A stretch of DNA of 6,750 nt, from the IMG/VR virus record IMGVR_UViG_2734482533_000011; one strand, given 5' to 3'. A program made the translations under genes and the position numbers. The DNA is from a virus. Lineage: Duplodnaviria > Heunggongvirae > Uroviricota > Caudoviricetes. Of this stretch, positions 6,683-6,750 are shown piece by piece. Below the pieces are notes generated by a model, which saw only the letters and a program-made list of their open reading frames with translations, was not told the origin of the DNA and did not search any database. How positions within the stretch are numbered: position 1 is the stretch's first letter; every line of letters starts with the position of its first letter.

Positions 6683-6750
6683 TTACTGATTTAGTGTATG
6701 ATGGTGTTTTTGAGGTGCTCCAGTGGCTTCTGTTTCTATCAGCTGTCCCT

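Larger units (their letters stand above)
2040..6750. mobile_element. Integrated prophage or prophage remnant at the ssrA 3' end (tail-fibre/baseplate end; continues beyond the window)
   Basis: All genes from 2238 to the window edge are phage tail-module genes on the minus strand. Sequence immediately after the tmRNA CCA is unlike what I recall of the native K-12 flank. ssrA is a known integration hotspot. The exact att core cannot be delimited from one window. Confidence 0.7.

Noticed and set aside
2040-6750. Complete invertible fibre segment (Mu G / e14 P type) with an invertase
   Set aside because: No inverted alternative fibre or Tfa is encoded on the plus strand, and no serine recombinase gene is present. 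Only a single half-site-like motif (5278..5303) was found, so at most a relic.
1-6750. CRISPR array, integrase, toxin-antitoxin or defence-system genes in the element
   Set aside because: No regularly spaced direct repeats and no ORFs with such signatures were seen. The only toxin-like gene is the chromosomal ratA.

Overview
Escherichia-type core locus ratB-ratA / smpB / ssrA (tmRNA, tag ANDENYALAA) followed, directly after the tmRNA 3' CCA, by the end of an integrated phage-derived element. That element carries a minus-strand tail module reading toward ssrA: a baseplate J-like gene (5' part apparently disrupted), a DUF2313/YmfQ-like gene, a Mu-S/P2-H-type tail fibre, a Tfa chaperone interrupted by an in-frame TAA, a lambda Stf-type side tail fibre, and a second chaperone-like gene. 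No integrase, invertase, CRISPR array or defence gene is visible; this looks like a mosaic and probably decaying prophage tail-fibre region rather than a new system. All family assignments are from reading the supplied translations against remembered protein families; no database search was run.
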